From positions 64,001 to 128,000 of IMG/VR virus record IMGVR_UViG_3300037400_006508: a stretch of 64,000 bases of DNA. One strand, written 5' to 3'. Of the stretch, positions 63,701 through 64,000 are shown piece after piece. The notes under the pieces are model-generated. The model saw nothing but the letters and a program-made list of their open reading frames with translations. It searched no databases and was not told the origin of the DNA. Numbering within the stretch: position 1 is the first letter of the stretch; each line of letters opens with the position of its first letter. A program made the position numbers and the translations under genes. The DNA is from a virus. Its lineage: Duplodnaviria > Caudoviricetes.

Positions 63701-64000
63701 CAGGACACGAAGGAGAAGATAGATGCCGCCATGGCGGCGGGCGACCGATCTACTGCGTTTTCGCTCTTTGCGGAGTTGCAGGACAAGATGGGCGGCCCGT
63801 ATTCGACTACGGCAACGATAGCGGGGTCCAATGTAAGGAAGAGCGGAATATACGGTACGGACCAGGCGGCGCAGGAAATCATGTCCAGGCTGTCCGACGA
63901 CTTCTCCGATGCAGACCAGAAGGAGGCGTTTTCAAAAGCCAACTCGGAGTACGAAAGGTCCGAGGCTACGTTGTCGTCCCTGGAAAGAAAGAAGAGGGAC
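60764..64000 (+). CDS. Tape measure protein, 3'-truncated by the window
   Basis: ATG at 60764 (ATGA overlap). The same frame is coding wherever checked up to 64000, and its absence from the ORF track fits no stop in the window. Helical, with (L/I)REEI..YDDRL repeats; follows the chaperone pair. Confidence 0.75.
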   Translation, partial: MSELDIGKLADELVERMKPKTMQVQDYSFSGYASPMSGVGGNPYDLASLQPEPDSFLGFLGGFGGIVAKLLGLTAEDKNGTEVPIFKTNFRMQDRNLPAFKNSMLGNNRRVMGSASSGSSPLAVNALTRLFDDDSVFGRWLNETDSNGKPVLPDADRAFFGGIQNVVRNENVAPMLIPLMNMLTGQDRGLSANVMNASSFQMVGGLGSTHGFGYNTDTGRNKFNLDSVFGDDYTRQRMAAARMGSQAAYDLTWDGLVRRDSVHGASETLVGQIVSDAIRTGALDKDLGRFTVGRYDETGGSREDVEFHRLGAEERLKAAERTGDRESAKKLREEIRRYDDRLSYFGAMDDKADIQDKKVDAEARLRTAVQEGNYDEERRIREEITGYDDRLAYLENSGSREDRGRAADRTSDMIRRQGELRRKRFDAEKRLSAAEEAGNEDEAARIQDELSGYEQQLDTLSPEIDNRLSDVGRSVNGLDTRDVNDRIATLIRHQDDLRGAKLELGQSRRDAESRGDADAVKEIDDQIREYDVKINALSAQIKSLGDRVRDAAEPLVDAVTGVVDSLKDFYGSEEESKKALDQMTGGEGSKNAEAARTLTRQLDEIKMTGLMAGFDPSQTGAFMNEMMARSFNDERSALAAGSNAQSQFGMALTGMSLRAASGIADTRERRLYMNAAREYASSADKSRGKNLSFSLEAMRREGMVGGEEYASLNDMLTSGRKGTINQAERRIAQLLGGGSVEEGMRMLNDPSSMARLAGSLNLEDAKTASERFDLMHRNELDVVGRAAARRADVRRGKSALVDAGMKRRDVDNSVELARSGALRSELDSIIQTEGIDSETLKSANAALAQYDIDYKDGLDRYNGDKAKAAEYANQRFRANYETMLPPEVRERIRNAEHDASMDTLNGLRDFRDEEGNVVDVTTTGNGNLDMYLEGVGAFGTDHRMNRSAFTKVYTQTLDTLLRNDTLRDKDGNKFDRKYLQDTKEKIDAAMAAGDRSTAFSLFAELQDKMGGPYSTTATIAGSNVRKSGIYGTDQAAQEIMSRLSDDFSDADQKEAFSKANSEYERSEATLSSLERKKRD

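Noticed and set aside
53905-64000. Extracellular contractile injection system / tailocin / T6SS
   Set aside because: Portal, prohead protease, scaffold and major capsid genes lie in the same gene block, so this is a complete phage morphogenesis region.
1-64000. Stop-codon reassignment (alternative genetic code)
   Set aside because: Genes are full length under code 11, and TAA, TAG and TGA all terminate genes that abut the next start.

Overview
This window is the virion-morphogenesis region of a large, GC-rich, contractile-tailed (myovirus/jumbo-like) bacteriophage, with essentially every real gene on the + strand. In order it holds small non-structural genes, a tRNA(CAU), an intein-containing portal, a metacaspase, and a tail-fibre/adhesin module interleaved with glycosyltransferases. 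A long block of unknown, often glycine-zipper proteins follows, and a phage multisubunit RNA polymerase is embedded in it: beta fused to the N-half of beta', plus a separate beta' C-half. Then come the prohead protease, scaffold, decoration protein, major capsid protein, neck proteins, tail sheath, tube, spike, a tail chaperone pair joined by a -1 frameshift, and the start of the tape measure gene. The most striking unexplained signal is a shared 29-30 aa N-terminal leader (YxxGF[LFY]x[KR]C[AS]...L[LFY]KxA) fused to otherwise unrelated cargo proteins. Similarity stops exactly at a K-x-A tripeptide that also punctuates the capsid, scaffold, protease and many neighbours. This is a candidate modular capsid-targeting/protease-maturation system for loading an ejected payload. 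All functional calls come from motif recognition by eye; no database searches were run.
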